Below, piece by piece: positions 37,736-46,347 of a stretch of 64,000 bases of DNA (its first letter is position 1; every line of letters starts with the position of its first letter). The notes beneath the pieces were generated by a model. The model did no database searches, was not told where the DNA came from, and worked only from the letters and a program-made list of their open reading frames with translations. The stretch comes from Planctomycetota bacterium (GTDB lineage Bacteria; Planctomycetota; B15-G4). Position numbers and translations under genes: made by a program. Location of the stretch: positions 64,001 to 128,000 of the forward strand of contig JBBQUR010000007.1 in NCBI GenBank assembly GCA_038212275.1, in the 5' to 3' direction.

Positions 37736-39906
37736 GGGATGGATTCCTGAGGGAGTGAGAAGGCGGACTGGAGCGCCGAGAGAATGCGCTCGCAGAGTTG
37801 TTCGTCCTTGGCGATGTACGCAGCGGCGCCAAGTTCCTTCGCGCGCTGCGCGGACACCTCGTCGGGCCAGGCGGTCATGAGCACGAAGGGCTGTTGCGCA
37901 GCCGTGCGGGCGAGCAGCTGAAAGCCGTCATGGCGCGGCATCTGCACGTCGGAAACGATCGCGTCACAGGGTTGCACCGCGAGGCGCTCAAGGGCCGTCA
38001 GGCCGTCTTCCGCAAGGACCACCTGATAACCCGCAGCAGTGAGGTCGGCCTGCAGTTTGGCGCGAAGCGTTGCGCTGTCGTCCACGAGCAGCACCCGCCG
38101 CTGCGTGGTCGCATCCCTGCGGTTTCCATCGGACGCGTTGTTCGGGCTGCTGCACGCATCGGCCAGGGCGCGCGCATCCAGAATGAAGGCCGGCTGGCCA
38201 CCGGGAAGGATGGTAGCGCCCTCGACGAAGTTCACCCGGCCCAGATGTGCGCCCACCGAGCGGCGCACCACCTCGAGGCGCTCGAGCACGCCGTCCACCG
38301 CGATCGAGACGGCACCGTTGCGACCGCGCAGGCTCACGATGTGCGTCGGGCGGCCGGCGGGCGGATGGCCCAGCAACCCCGCCAGCGAAGTGGACAGCGT
38401 GGCGTCTCCGTCTCCGCCCGACAGGCCGCTCAGCGGCAGCACGTACGCGCTGCCGCCCGCTTCGACGACAAGTCCTTCGACGAGCGAGAGGCGAAGCGGA
38501 AGGTGAAGCGCAATCGTCGTGCCGCGGCCCTTCTCGCTTTCCAGCTCCACGTCGCCGCGAAGCTGGTCCGCGACGACTGCGAGCGTGCCGAGTCCGAGAC
38601 CGCGACCGGAAATCTGAGTCACCTGATCGCGCGTCGAAAGGCCTGATCGCAGCAGGAGCTGAAGGAGCTGGCGTTCGTCCGCGCCGTGGGCCCGGTCGCC
38701 AAGGCGCGCTCGCACTGCCACGTGGTCGATGCCGCGGCCGTCGTCGCCGACGAGGACGACGAGGCGGTCGCCTTCCTCGGCAAAGCGCAGGCGCAGGCTG
38801 CCGGTCGGACTCTTGCCCGCCGCGATGCGCTCGTCGGGCGACTCGAGCCCGTGGTCGACGGCGTTGCGGAGCGCGTGAGTCAGTGGCGCCTTCAGCGCCT
38901 CGACGACCGCCATGTCCATGTGCAGGTCACGGCCTTCGACGTGCAGCTCGACGCGCCTGCCCAGCGCGGCGGCAGCATCGCGCACGGCGCGCTCGAGGTG
39001 CACGACCAGTGGCGCGACGGACACAAGGCACAGGCCGCGGGCGTGATCGTCCAGCGCACGCGCGTTGCTCCAGGACTGGCGCAGCGACTCCCGCAGCGCA
39101 TTCGTCGTCGCGCGCAGCTGCGTGATCGCGGCGCTGAGCTCGCCGCTGGCGCGCGCGATGTCGCGCGGACCGGCGCCGGCACGCGGCAGGCGCACGGACT
39201 CCAGCCCGGAGAGGGCGTCCGCGAGCTCCTCCGCGCGTTCGCCGGCACGCTGGTTGTTGAAGAGGGTCATCGCGACGTCTTCGGTCACCGTCTCGATCGC
39301 GGTGCGGAGGATGCGCAGCGTCTCGCCGCGCAGGGCTCCCGCGGGCACGATGGCCGCCGGCGTGGAGGCTCCATGCAGGAAAGGCTGGCTGGAAACGTGT
39401 TCCGTGTCGGCGGGTGCAGCGGCTTGTCCGGTCACCAGCACCGGCTTCACTCGCGAGGCGCCCGTCGCGGCACCTGGACGGGACGACGGCGCAGGCGGGT
39501 TCGGGCTCCCGCCTGAAACCGTTGCCGGCGCTTCAAGCTCTGCGATCTGCAGTTCCGCCCGTTGCACGACCTCGGCCTCCTTTGGCTGCAGCGCAAGCTC
39601 GCGAAGCGCGTCGCTCGCGCGCAGCGCGCTGTCGATGTCGTGGAAGTCGATGCGCTCGCGACGGCGCCAGCCGAGGAGGCGGTGCTCAAGGGCGTGCGCG
39701 AGGCGCGCCACGATGTCGTAACCGACGACGCGGGCGCTCCCCTTGAGGTCGTGCGCGAGACGGAGCAGGTCCTCCAGGCGGCGGGCGCCATCCGGAGCAT
39801 GCTGCTCGATCTGCAGCAGGTGCTCGTGGAAGGTGCCGACGGCTTCGCAGACCTCCGTCTCGAAGATGCCGATCAGCACGGGATCAGGGGCCACGGGCGC
39901 GCTCAT
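37732..39906 (-). CDS. cheA: Hybrid CheA-type histidine kinase (Hpt-HATPase-CheW-REC)
   Basis: AHDLKGSA, HALRNAVDHG, DDGRGID, ISGRGLGL, C-terminal receiver LVDDS...SDVQMP. Confidence 0.93.
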   Translation of the reverse strand: MSAPVAPDPVLIGIFETEVCEAVGTFHEHLLQIEQHAPDGARRLEDLLRLAHDLKGSARVVGYDIVARLAHALEHRLLGWRRRERIDFHDIDSALRASDALRELALQPKEAEVVQRAELQIAELEAPATVSGGSPNPPAPSSRPGAATGASRVKPVLVTGQAAAPADTEHVSSQPFLHGASTPAAIVPAGALRGETLRILRTAIETVTEDVAMTLFNNQRAGERAEELADALSGLESVRLPRAGAGPRDIARASGELSAAITQLRATTNALRESLRQSWSNARALDDHARGLCLVSVAPLVVHLERAVRDAAAALGRRVELHVEGRDLHMDMAVVEALKAPLTHALRNAVDHGLESPDERIAAGKSPTGSLRLRFAEEGDRLVVLVGDDGRGIDHVAVRARLGDRAHGADERQLLQLLLRSGLSTRDQVTQISGRGLGLGTLAVVADQLRGDVELESEKGRGTTIALHLPLRLSLVEGLVVEAGGSAYVLPLSGLSGGDGDATLSTSLAGLLGHPPAGRPTHIVSLRGRNGAVSIAVDGVLERLEVVRRSVGAHLGRVNFVEGATILPGGQPAFILDARALADACSSPNNASDGNRRDATTQRRVLLVDDSATLRAKLQADLTAAGYQVVLAEDGLTALERLAVQPCDAIVSDVQMPRHDGFQLLARTAAQQPFVLMTAWPDEVSAQRAKELGAAAYIAKDEQLCERILSALQSAFSLPQESIP

Positions 39907-39925
39907 TGAAGTCCTCTCTGCGGGT

Positions 39926-41764
39926 TCATCCGACCCGCCACGTCTCGTTCATGTCTGCGCCCAGGCGCGCCAGCTCGTCGGCGGCGGCCACGACCTCGTG
40001 GAAGTTTCCGGCCGTCTCGCCGGCTCGCTGTTCGAGTTCCTCGATCGAAAGCACCACGCTCTTGAGCGAATCCGACTGCCGCGCGGCGGCTTGCTCGATC
40101 CCGTGCGAGCCACGTGTCGTCTCCTCGACCCAGCGCAGGATGCGGGCAAAGGCCGACTCCAGCTCCTCGAACGACGCGAGGCACTTGTCCACCTCGCGGC
40201 ATCCATCCTGGGTTGCGGACAGCGTCGTCTCGGAACTCTCCTGGATCTGCTCGATCAGCTGCTGGATGTCGCGTGTGCTCTCGAGGGCCAGGTCGGCGAG
40301 CTTGCGGATCTCGCCGGCAACCACGGAGAACTGCCGGCCGGACGAGCCGGCGCCAACCGCCTGGATGGCCGCGTTGACCGAGAGCGTGTTCGTCTCATTG
40401 CTGAGATGGTCGATGAACCCGAGGATCTTGCCGATATCCCCGCAGCGGCGTTCCAGTTCCTCCATCTGCAGGCTGATCTGCTCGACGCGGTCGCGCACCT
40501 CGAGGACGGCACGCTGGCTGAGCTCCGCCTTCTGGTTGCCCGACTGGCTGACCCATGCCGATTGCTCGGCGCTGTGTGCCAGAGCGCGCGTGGTATCCGC
40601 GATGGATTGGCTCGAAAGCCTGAGCGTCGAGGTCGAAGTCGTCAGCGTCCTGATCACGCGTGACTGCTCGTCGAGGGCGCGGCTGTTGCGGCGCACCAGT
40701 TCGCGAAGCCGCTCCACCGAGTGAAAGATCGAGTCGGTGGACTGGCGGATGTCACCCCAGATCCAGCGCGGGGCGAGGAAAGCGATCGCCAGCGCGAGCA
40801 TCACGCCCGACACCGCGATCCAGCCGACCAGCGAGCGCACGCGAGTGGCCATCGGCACGATGTGGTCGGGCGCCAGCAGGTCGGAGCGGTGTGCATGCAC
40901 CACCGCGCAGGCGACTGGCGTGCCGTAGGGGTCGCGCAGTGGCAGCATGGCCCAAGCGATGCTTCCGGCGGCGTCATAGGTCGCCTCATCGTTCGGCACG
41001 TCGTCCCCGGGCGAGCCCGGTCGCGGAGAGGCACCGAGACGTCGGAGCGCCTGAAGAGCTGCACTTTCAGCGCCCAGCATGGAAGAGTTCTGCCCGAACT
41101 GACTGCCTTCGTTGCGGGCGAGGCGCGTTCCGTCAGGCAAGTACACGGCTCGAACCGTGCGTGAACGATCGGGCAGGTTCTCAAGGAGGCCTGGCCCGGC
41201 GGCTGGCGTGACCTCGCGAAGCGCCAGGCCGCCGCTCTCGACGTCCCTTCCTTCGCCGAGCGTGCCTGCACGAGCGGGTTGGTAGGCCACCTGGAACAAT
41301 TCGGGCATGCCGTCGTCACCCGGCAGCACGGCATATCCTGCGAACTCGCGCCCGGCCTGCGCGAGATATGTCGCCAGCGTTCGCTCTTCCGGCGACATGG
41401 CCGGCGCTCCCCGGCCAGCAGCATCAACCGTCATGGTCCGCGCCGAAGGCGGCATGGCGCTGGATGGGAGGCCGCGGACGGGGGATTCGCGGGATTGCCC
41501 TGCCGCCTCACGAACCGCCATGAGCTTGAGGGCGGAAAGCGCGTGGTCGAGCGCCAGCTGGAAGCAGAGTGACTCTTCGCGAATCTGGATCTGCTCGCCC
41601 GTCGTGAGGCCATACATGCCTCGCCCCGACGTGGCGAGTCCGGCCTCGGGACTCGACTCGAGGGTCAGAAGTCCGACAAGTGCCATGGGAACGACCAGCA
41701 GCGCGATCAGCAGAAGCGCCAGCCGACCCCGCATGCTGGTGTGTCTTGCGAATCGGTAGCCCAT
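39926..41764 (-). CDS. Methyl-accepting chemotaxis protein
   Basis: Two TM segments; ETNTLSVNAAIQAVGAGSSGRQFSVVAGEIRKLA hairpin tip. Confidence 0.92.
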   Translation of the reverse strand: MGYRFARHTSMRGRLALLLIALLVVPMALVGLLTLESSPEAGLATSGRGMYGLTTGEQIQIREESLCFQLALDHALSALKLMAVREAAGQSRESPVRGLPSSAMPPSARTMTVDAAGRGAPAMSPEERTLATYLAQAGREFAGYAVLPGDDGMPELFQVAYQPARAGTLGEGRDVESGGLALREVTPAAGPGLLENLPDRSRTVRAVYLPDGTRLARNEGSQFGQNSSMLGAESAALQALRRLGASPRPGSPGDDVPNDEATYDAAGSIAWAMLPLRDPYGTPVACAVVHAHRSDLLAPDHIVPMATRVRSLVGWIAVSGVMLALAIAFLAPRWIWGDIRQSTDSIFHSVERLRELVRRNSRALDEQSRVIRTLTTSTSTLRLSSQSIADTTRALAHSAEQSAWVSQSGNQKAELSQRAVLEVRDRVEQISLQMEELERRCGDIGKILGFIDHLSNETNTLSVNAAIQAVGAGSSGRQFSVVAGEIRKLADLALESTRDIQQLIEQIQESSETTLSATQDGCREVDKCLASFEELESAFARILRWVEETTRGSHGIEQAAARQSDSLKSVVLSIEELEQRAGETAGNFHEVVAAADELARLGADMNETWRVG

Positions 41765-41768
41765 CGCG

Positions 41769-42203
41769 TCAGGCTGCTTCATTCGGAGCGGGCACAGACG
41801 CAGCTGCACCCGGCTGAAGCGCCGGATGGGCGGCAAGCGCCTCAGCATCCAGAACCAGGTCGGCGGTTCCGTCCCGATCATCGGTTCCCACGATGGCGTC
41901 CACGATCAGCGCCGTGTCGACCCGGAGGCCCGTCAGCACGACCAGCCATTTCGCCTGGCAGGGTCGGTAGCCGAAAAGCCTCCCCGCATCCAGGACCGTC
42001 AGGAGGCGGCCCCGCCACTGGATCAGCCCTACGAGCCAGACGCTGCCGCCAGGAACCGGAGTGATCTGCTGGACGCGCCCGACCTCAAGAACCACCGAGA
42101 ATGCACAGGCGAGCCGCTTGCCACCTGCCTCGACGAGCAGGCAGGAGGAACCGGGTGAATCCGCGGAGTTCTTCGAGTCGATGGAATGGGACATCCTTCC
42201 CAT
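41769..42203 (-). CDS. cheW: CheW adaptor
   Basis: ITPVPGGSVWLVGLIQWRGRLLTVLD, ALIVDAI. Confidence 0.88.
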   Translation of the reverse strand: MGRMSHSIDSKNSADSPGSSCLLVEAGGKRLACAFSVVLEVGRVQQITPVPGGSVWLVGLIQWRGRLLTVLDAGRLFGYRPCQAKWLVVLTGLRVDTALIVDAIVGTDDRDGTADLVLDAEALAAHPALQPGAAASVPAPNEAA

Positions 42204-42497
42204 CTGTCGGCTCTGGAACGAGCGCCGCTTGAGTTGCTGTGGCGGCGCATGTGCGCGTTGGATAGTTCAGGCGCCCCGCGCGCCCCGAACCGAGCGAGTG
42301 GGAGCGCTTACGGCCGCGCGACCCTCATCGGTGTCCGTCATAAGACCTTGACTGGAAACCGACAATTGTTTCGGAAGCGTTCCGCGGAATTCCCATAAGT
42401 GGGTTGAACGGGCCTGTCCCGCCGCCCTATTGTCTGCGCATGCGTTGCCGAAGGCTCGTGCCGCAGGCGACTCCAAGAGAATCCCAGGAGATCATCG

Positions 42498-42944
42498 ATG
42501 AAGCGTTTGTTGAGCGTTGCGCTGCTGTGCGCCGTGGCCGCTGGTTGCGCCTCGGCCCCGGTCGCCCAACCCGTTGCGGGCGGTAACGCCCAAGGTCACG
42601 GCATCCAGAGCTGGATTCCGGCCTCGTTCGCCGACCTGTGGGAAACCGTAGATGCGCGCATCGGCATCGACTATGGGTTCGGTGCACACCTCAAGGTGAC
42701 CGACCTCGCACGGATCGGCATCCTCGACTACTCCGAGTTCTCATTGCTCGGCGTGGACAAGGGCATCTTCTACGGGGACTACGCGCTTCCGAACATGGAA
42801 GCGTGGAAGAACAATGGCTCGTGGGATTTGTCGGCAAAAATCGGAGTCGGCTTGGGAGCAGAAGCGACCCTCCACACGTGGGAGGTTGTCGACTTCGCGT
42901 CCACGCTGCTGACGCTGAACTATTTCAGCTTCGACGACGACTGA
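42498..42944 (+). CDS. Hypothetical lipoprotein
   Basis: AGGAG RBS; MKRLLSVALLCAVAAGC lipobox. Confidence 0.8.
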   Translation: MKRLLSVALLCAVAAGCASAPVAQPVAGGNAQGHGIQSWIPASFADLWETVDARIGIDYGFGAHLKVTDLARIGILDYSEFSLLGVDKGIFYGDYALPNMEAWKNNGSWDLSAKIGVGLGAEATLHTWEVVDFASTLLTLNYFSFDDD

Positions 42945-42963
42945 TCTCATCAGTTGAACTGAC

Positions 42964-43010
42964 GAACGCCCGCCCCCGCAGTGATGCGGGGGCGGGCGTT
43001 CTGCTTTCTG
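42964..43010 (+). terminator. Intrinsic terminator
   Basis: Perfect 17-bp stem GAACGCCCGCCCCCGCA-gtga-TGCGGGGGCGGGCGTTC with short T tail. Confidence 0.85.
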
Positions 43011-43192
43011 GTGACTACTCGCGGCGTGGTGCGCACTCCTCCGCGTGATGTCACACCGCTTCGATGCATGGGCTGCTCCGCCGAATGCCGGGGACAGAGC
43101 AGGGCGCGATCAGACCGCCGCGTAGTGCCGGCAATTCACCAGAGCGGCCATGAGCAGCCTTACCCTCCTGAGGGTGCCCGCGCTGGGAAGCC

Positions 43193-43675
43193 CTAGGCCT
43201 CAGCGGGTCCGAGCAGATGGCCAAAGCGCCGCTCGAGGCTCCGCTGCGCACGGCGCGACGGAGTGGCGACGAAGACGGTGTCATCTCCGGCAATCGTGCC
43301 AGTGACCTCGGGCATACTCATGGAGTCCAATGCCAAGGCCACCGTCTGCGCCAACCCCGGTCTCGTCGAGACGACGAGCAGATTCGGCCCTGCCGCGCGC
43401 AGGGCGCGGACGAATGGCTGCAGCTCTGCAAGCGTGGGGTACTTCTGCCCACCTTCCTCGCCGGCCTCTGCGTCGCTCACGATTCGGTAAGCACCGTCTA
43501 CCTTTCGAGCGCTCAAATACATGAGGTCCCTGCTCAGGCTCGATTGCGTAATCGCAAAACCGCGCTCCTGGAGAGCAGCCGCTAGTTCTTCCTGAGTGTG
43601 AATGCGCCGTCGACGCAGCAGCAGCCGCAGTGTCCGGCGCCGGGACTCCTGCCCGCCTCTCGTACTGCGGGTCAT
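43193..43675 (-). CDS. argR: Arginine repressor
   Basis: TQEEL, TQSSLSRDL, GTIAGDDTVFV. Confidence 0.92.
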   Translation of the reverse strand: MTRSTRGGQESRRRTLRLLLRRRRIHTQEELAAALQERGFAITQSSLSRDLMYLSARKVDGAYRIVSDAEAGEEGGQKYPTLAELQPFVRALRAAGPNLLVVSTRPGLAQTVALALDSMSMPEVTGTIAGDDTVFVATPSRRAQRSLERRFGHLLGPAEA

Positions 43676-44139
43676 CGCGCCCCCCCATCTGCGGCAACAA
43701 CGGGCTGCAGCGCAGCAGTCGCCTCTATCTCGATCGAAGCACCGGCTTCGATCAGTGCAGCCACCTGGACAAGACTCATGCTCGGATAGTGACTTCCCAT
43801 GACGCGCCGATAGGCGGCGCCGACTTCAGCAAGGTGGCTGAGGTAGTCAGCGCGATCACTGCAATACATGGTGAGCCGCACGATGTCGGCGGAACATCCG
43901 CCGGCGGCTTCGACGACGGCGACACAATTCCGCAGCGCCCGCTCAAACTGAAGGGCAAAGTCCACACTTACGAGACGTTGGGACTCATCCCAACCGATCT
44001 GCCCCGCAACAAAGAGCAGATCGCGGCCCGCGGGAACACGAATTCCATTCGAATAGCCGCGCGGCCGGCGCCAGCCCTCCGGCAACACCATCTCAAGAGC
44101 CCCCGCGTCACTCTGATGAGATCGCCTAGCCATGCGCAT
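43672..44139 (-). CDS. RidA/YjgF family protein
   Basis: PRGYSNG, FVAGQIG, YPSMSLVQVAALI, IEIEATA; start may be ~50 nt downstream. Confidence 0.9.
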   Translation of the reverse strand: MRMARRSHQSDAGALEMVLPEGWRRPRGYSNGIRVPAGRDLLFVAGQIGWDESQRLVSVDFALQFERALRNCVAVVEAAGGCSADIVRLTMYCSDRADYLSHLAEVGAAYRRVMGSHYPSMSLVQVAALIEAGASIEIEATAALQPVVAADGGAR

Positions 44140-44160
44140 AACCTACAGGTTTGCGCATGG
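44130..44160. promoter_or_regulatory. Inverted repeat upstream of ridA-argR (operator or terminator)
   Basis: CCATGCGCA-T-AACCT-AC-AGGTT-TGCGCATGG. Confidence 0.45.
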
Positions 44161-44226
44161 AGGCTCAAGGCAACGGCACAGCCGTTGCCTCAGCTTCCAA
44201 TCCCAAGGACGGCTTCGCGGGGCTGA

Positions 44227-46062
44227 CTACCTGTCGCCGAGGCCGGTGCCGAACGCGGCGTACAAGCCGGTTGCCGGATCCACATCCACCGCGACCACCC
44301 AGGTGTCAATCTGGGCGTCACGGAGGTTCCGAACGGCGCTGTTGAGGGCCTGCTGAGCAGTCGCCAAGCCCTTCACCGCCGTGAATGCCGTGCGGTAGTG
44401 CGTGATGTCCGAATAGCCGGCACCCGTGGAGTTCCCGTGCTTGATGACCATGGCGGCCTGCATGTCGCCGGTCGCGTTGCCGAAAGGCTGCACCGGCGGG
44501 GTGACATTGCCGACGTTCGTCGCCGTGTCGACCGCGAAAGCCTGCAGCTTGCTGGTCGGGTTGAAGCTCCAGAAGAACTGATCGGAACCCGTTCCGAAGA
44601 GGTCGAGGTCCATCACCCGGGTGAACACCAGATCACTGATCTGGGCGTGGTTTCCCATCTGCAGCGCGATGTCACCGACCATCGTCCTGGAACCGAAGCC
44701 GATCGTGTACTGAATCGTCGTGATCACGCCCGGCGCGGGTGACCCGTCCGTGCTGAAGGCGACGAGCGACGACGCGTTGGCGAACCCGCGACGGTTGAAA
44801 CCTGCGCCATCCTGGTACGGACCCAACTCGAACGACAACGGCAGGAGCGAGTTGGTGAAGCCGGGATCAGTGAGCTGGTTGCCGGCGCCACCGTACACAT
44901 GCGTGGCACCGCTCGGTGTGCTTCGCACATCGTAGTCAAGCGCCCAGCCGTCAGCCGGCACGCCTGCGACCAGATAATCGTTACCGCCGATCTCCTTGAA
45001 TCCGATCTGGTCCTCGATGAACGTACCGTCCGGTGAGACGCCCATGATCAGGTCAACCTGGTTCCAGAGGTACGAACCCAGCTCGAGCTCCAGCGACAGG
45101 GAGTAGGCGCCGGTGGTGACCCCGTCGTCACCGGTGAAGTCCAGGTTCGCATCCGGAGCGCTCTCGACAGCAACCGCGTAAGAGCCGGAGGCTTCGAGGG
45201 GAATGTCCAGTTTCGACAGCTTGCCGCTGCCCTCGCCATCGTCGTTGTAGGCGAGTAGCGCACCGCTGCTGGCATTGAAGAGCCCCATGAACGTGTCGGG
45301 GATATCCAACCCTGTCGCGGGAGCCAGCGTGGCGGCGTGCAAGATGACCAGCGCGCTTGCATCGAATGCGAAAAAGTCCACATCGTTCGCGGTCAACGTC
45401 AGCCCGGTCAGAACCGAGGGGTTTCCCGTGAGCAGCGTAGGTGGACGCAGTCCGGTGAGGAGCGTCGCCGTCGCCAGAGTGTTGTTCACTTCGTACGCGT
45501 CCGGGCCAACCTGCGCCTGGGTGCCAGCTTCCGGAAGGGCCGCGTCGACAGGGGGCTGCGCAAATGCCGAACCCCGATCATCCTGGCTGCGGCGCAGTCG
45601 AATCGCCGCCTCAAACACCGAAAGAGGCACCGGACTCAGCGCATCGCCACCGATCACGCCCTGGGCTGCCATTCCAGTCACGCGTGTCGTGACCTGGTAC
45701 TCAAGCGTCCGCGGATGCTTCTGAATCTGATAGATGCCGAGCAGCGAACTCGGTCGACGCGAAATCATGGCGACCACCTGGTCGCCGACTTCCACGGGAA
45801 CTCGTCCTGCCACAGACACGTTCAGTGAACGAGCGGGCACGTCACCCCAAACACCGTGATCCACGGCAAACTCGACCAAGGTGCTCTCGGGAGCGCTCAC
45901 GACCTGAACCGACGCCACGCGGCCGACGATGACGACGTCCGACGCGTCGACCTGCTCACCCGTGGTGATCTCGGAGAACAGGCTGAGCAGGCCAGCCGGT
46001 AGGGCCAGGCACATGATGAGCGCCAAGGCGCCCAAGGAAAGTCGGTGATGCATGGCATTCAT
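44227..46062 (-). CDS. Secreted protein with PPC/DVUA0089-like beta-sandwich domain
   Basis: Signal/TM N-terminus; DAYEVNNTLATA, DVDFFAF, DTFMGLF...AYNDDG. Confidence 0.75.
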   Translation of the reverse strand: MNAMHHRLSLGALALIMCLALPAGLLSLFSEITTGEQVDASDVVIVGRVASVQVVSAPESTLVEFAVDHGVWGDVPARSLNVSVAGRVPVEVGDQVVAMISRRPSSLLGIYQIQKHPRTLEYQVTTRVTGMAAQGVIGGDALSPVPLSVFEAAIRLRRSQDDRGSAFAQPPVDAALPEAGTQAQVGPDAYEVNNTLATATLLTGLRPPTLLTGNPSVLTGLTLTANDVDFFAFDASALVILHAATLAPATGLDIPDTFMGLFNASSGALLAYNDDGEGSGKLSKLDIPLEASGSYAVAVESAPDANLDFTGDDGVTTGAYSLSLELELGSYLWNQVDLIMGVSPDGTFIEDQIGFKEIGGNDYLVAGVPADGWALDYDVRSTPSGATHVYGGAGNQLTDPGFTNSLLPLSFELGPYQDGAGFNRRGFANASSLVAFSTDGSPAPGVITTIQYTIGFGSRTMVGDIALQMGNHAQISDLVFTRVMDLDLFGTGSDQFFWSFNPTSKLQAFAVDTATNVGNVTPPVQPFGNATGDMQAAMVIKHGNSTGAGYSDITHYRTAFTAVKGLATAQQALNSAVRNLRDAQIDTWVVAVDVDPATGLYAAFGTGLGDR

Positions 46063-46347
46063 GGTTGGAAGTATCCTCGGACCAACTCTTCGGGTGCCGC
46101 ACGTAAATGACTGAAAGTAGCTTCGACAAATTCGGGGTCGAGGCCAGCGTCATCTATCTCGGCAGGTTGAAAGTACACCATGGCCGCAATTTCGTCCATA
46201 CGGTCTTTCCGGATGGATGATCTTCTTCTGAGCGTTCCAGCCGGCGCCAAGGATCAAGCGTTCTCGTGCTTGACGACAAAGGCCGCCCGGTGACGTCGAC
46301 GTCTCTTCGAGGCTGACATTACGCTGAACACCGGGAAACTCTCGAGG

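Noticed and set aside
44131..44158. dif site (TGCGCATAA resembles the XerC arm)
   Set aside because: Right arm does not resemble the XerD TTATGTTAAAT consensus; better explained as a simple inverted repeat
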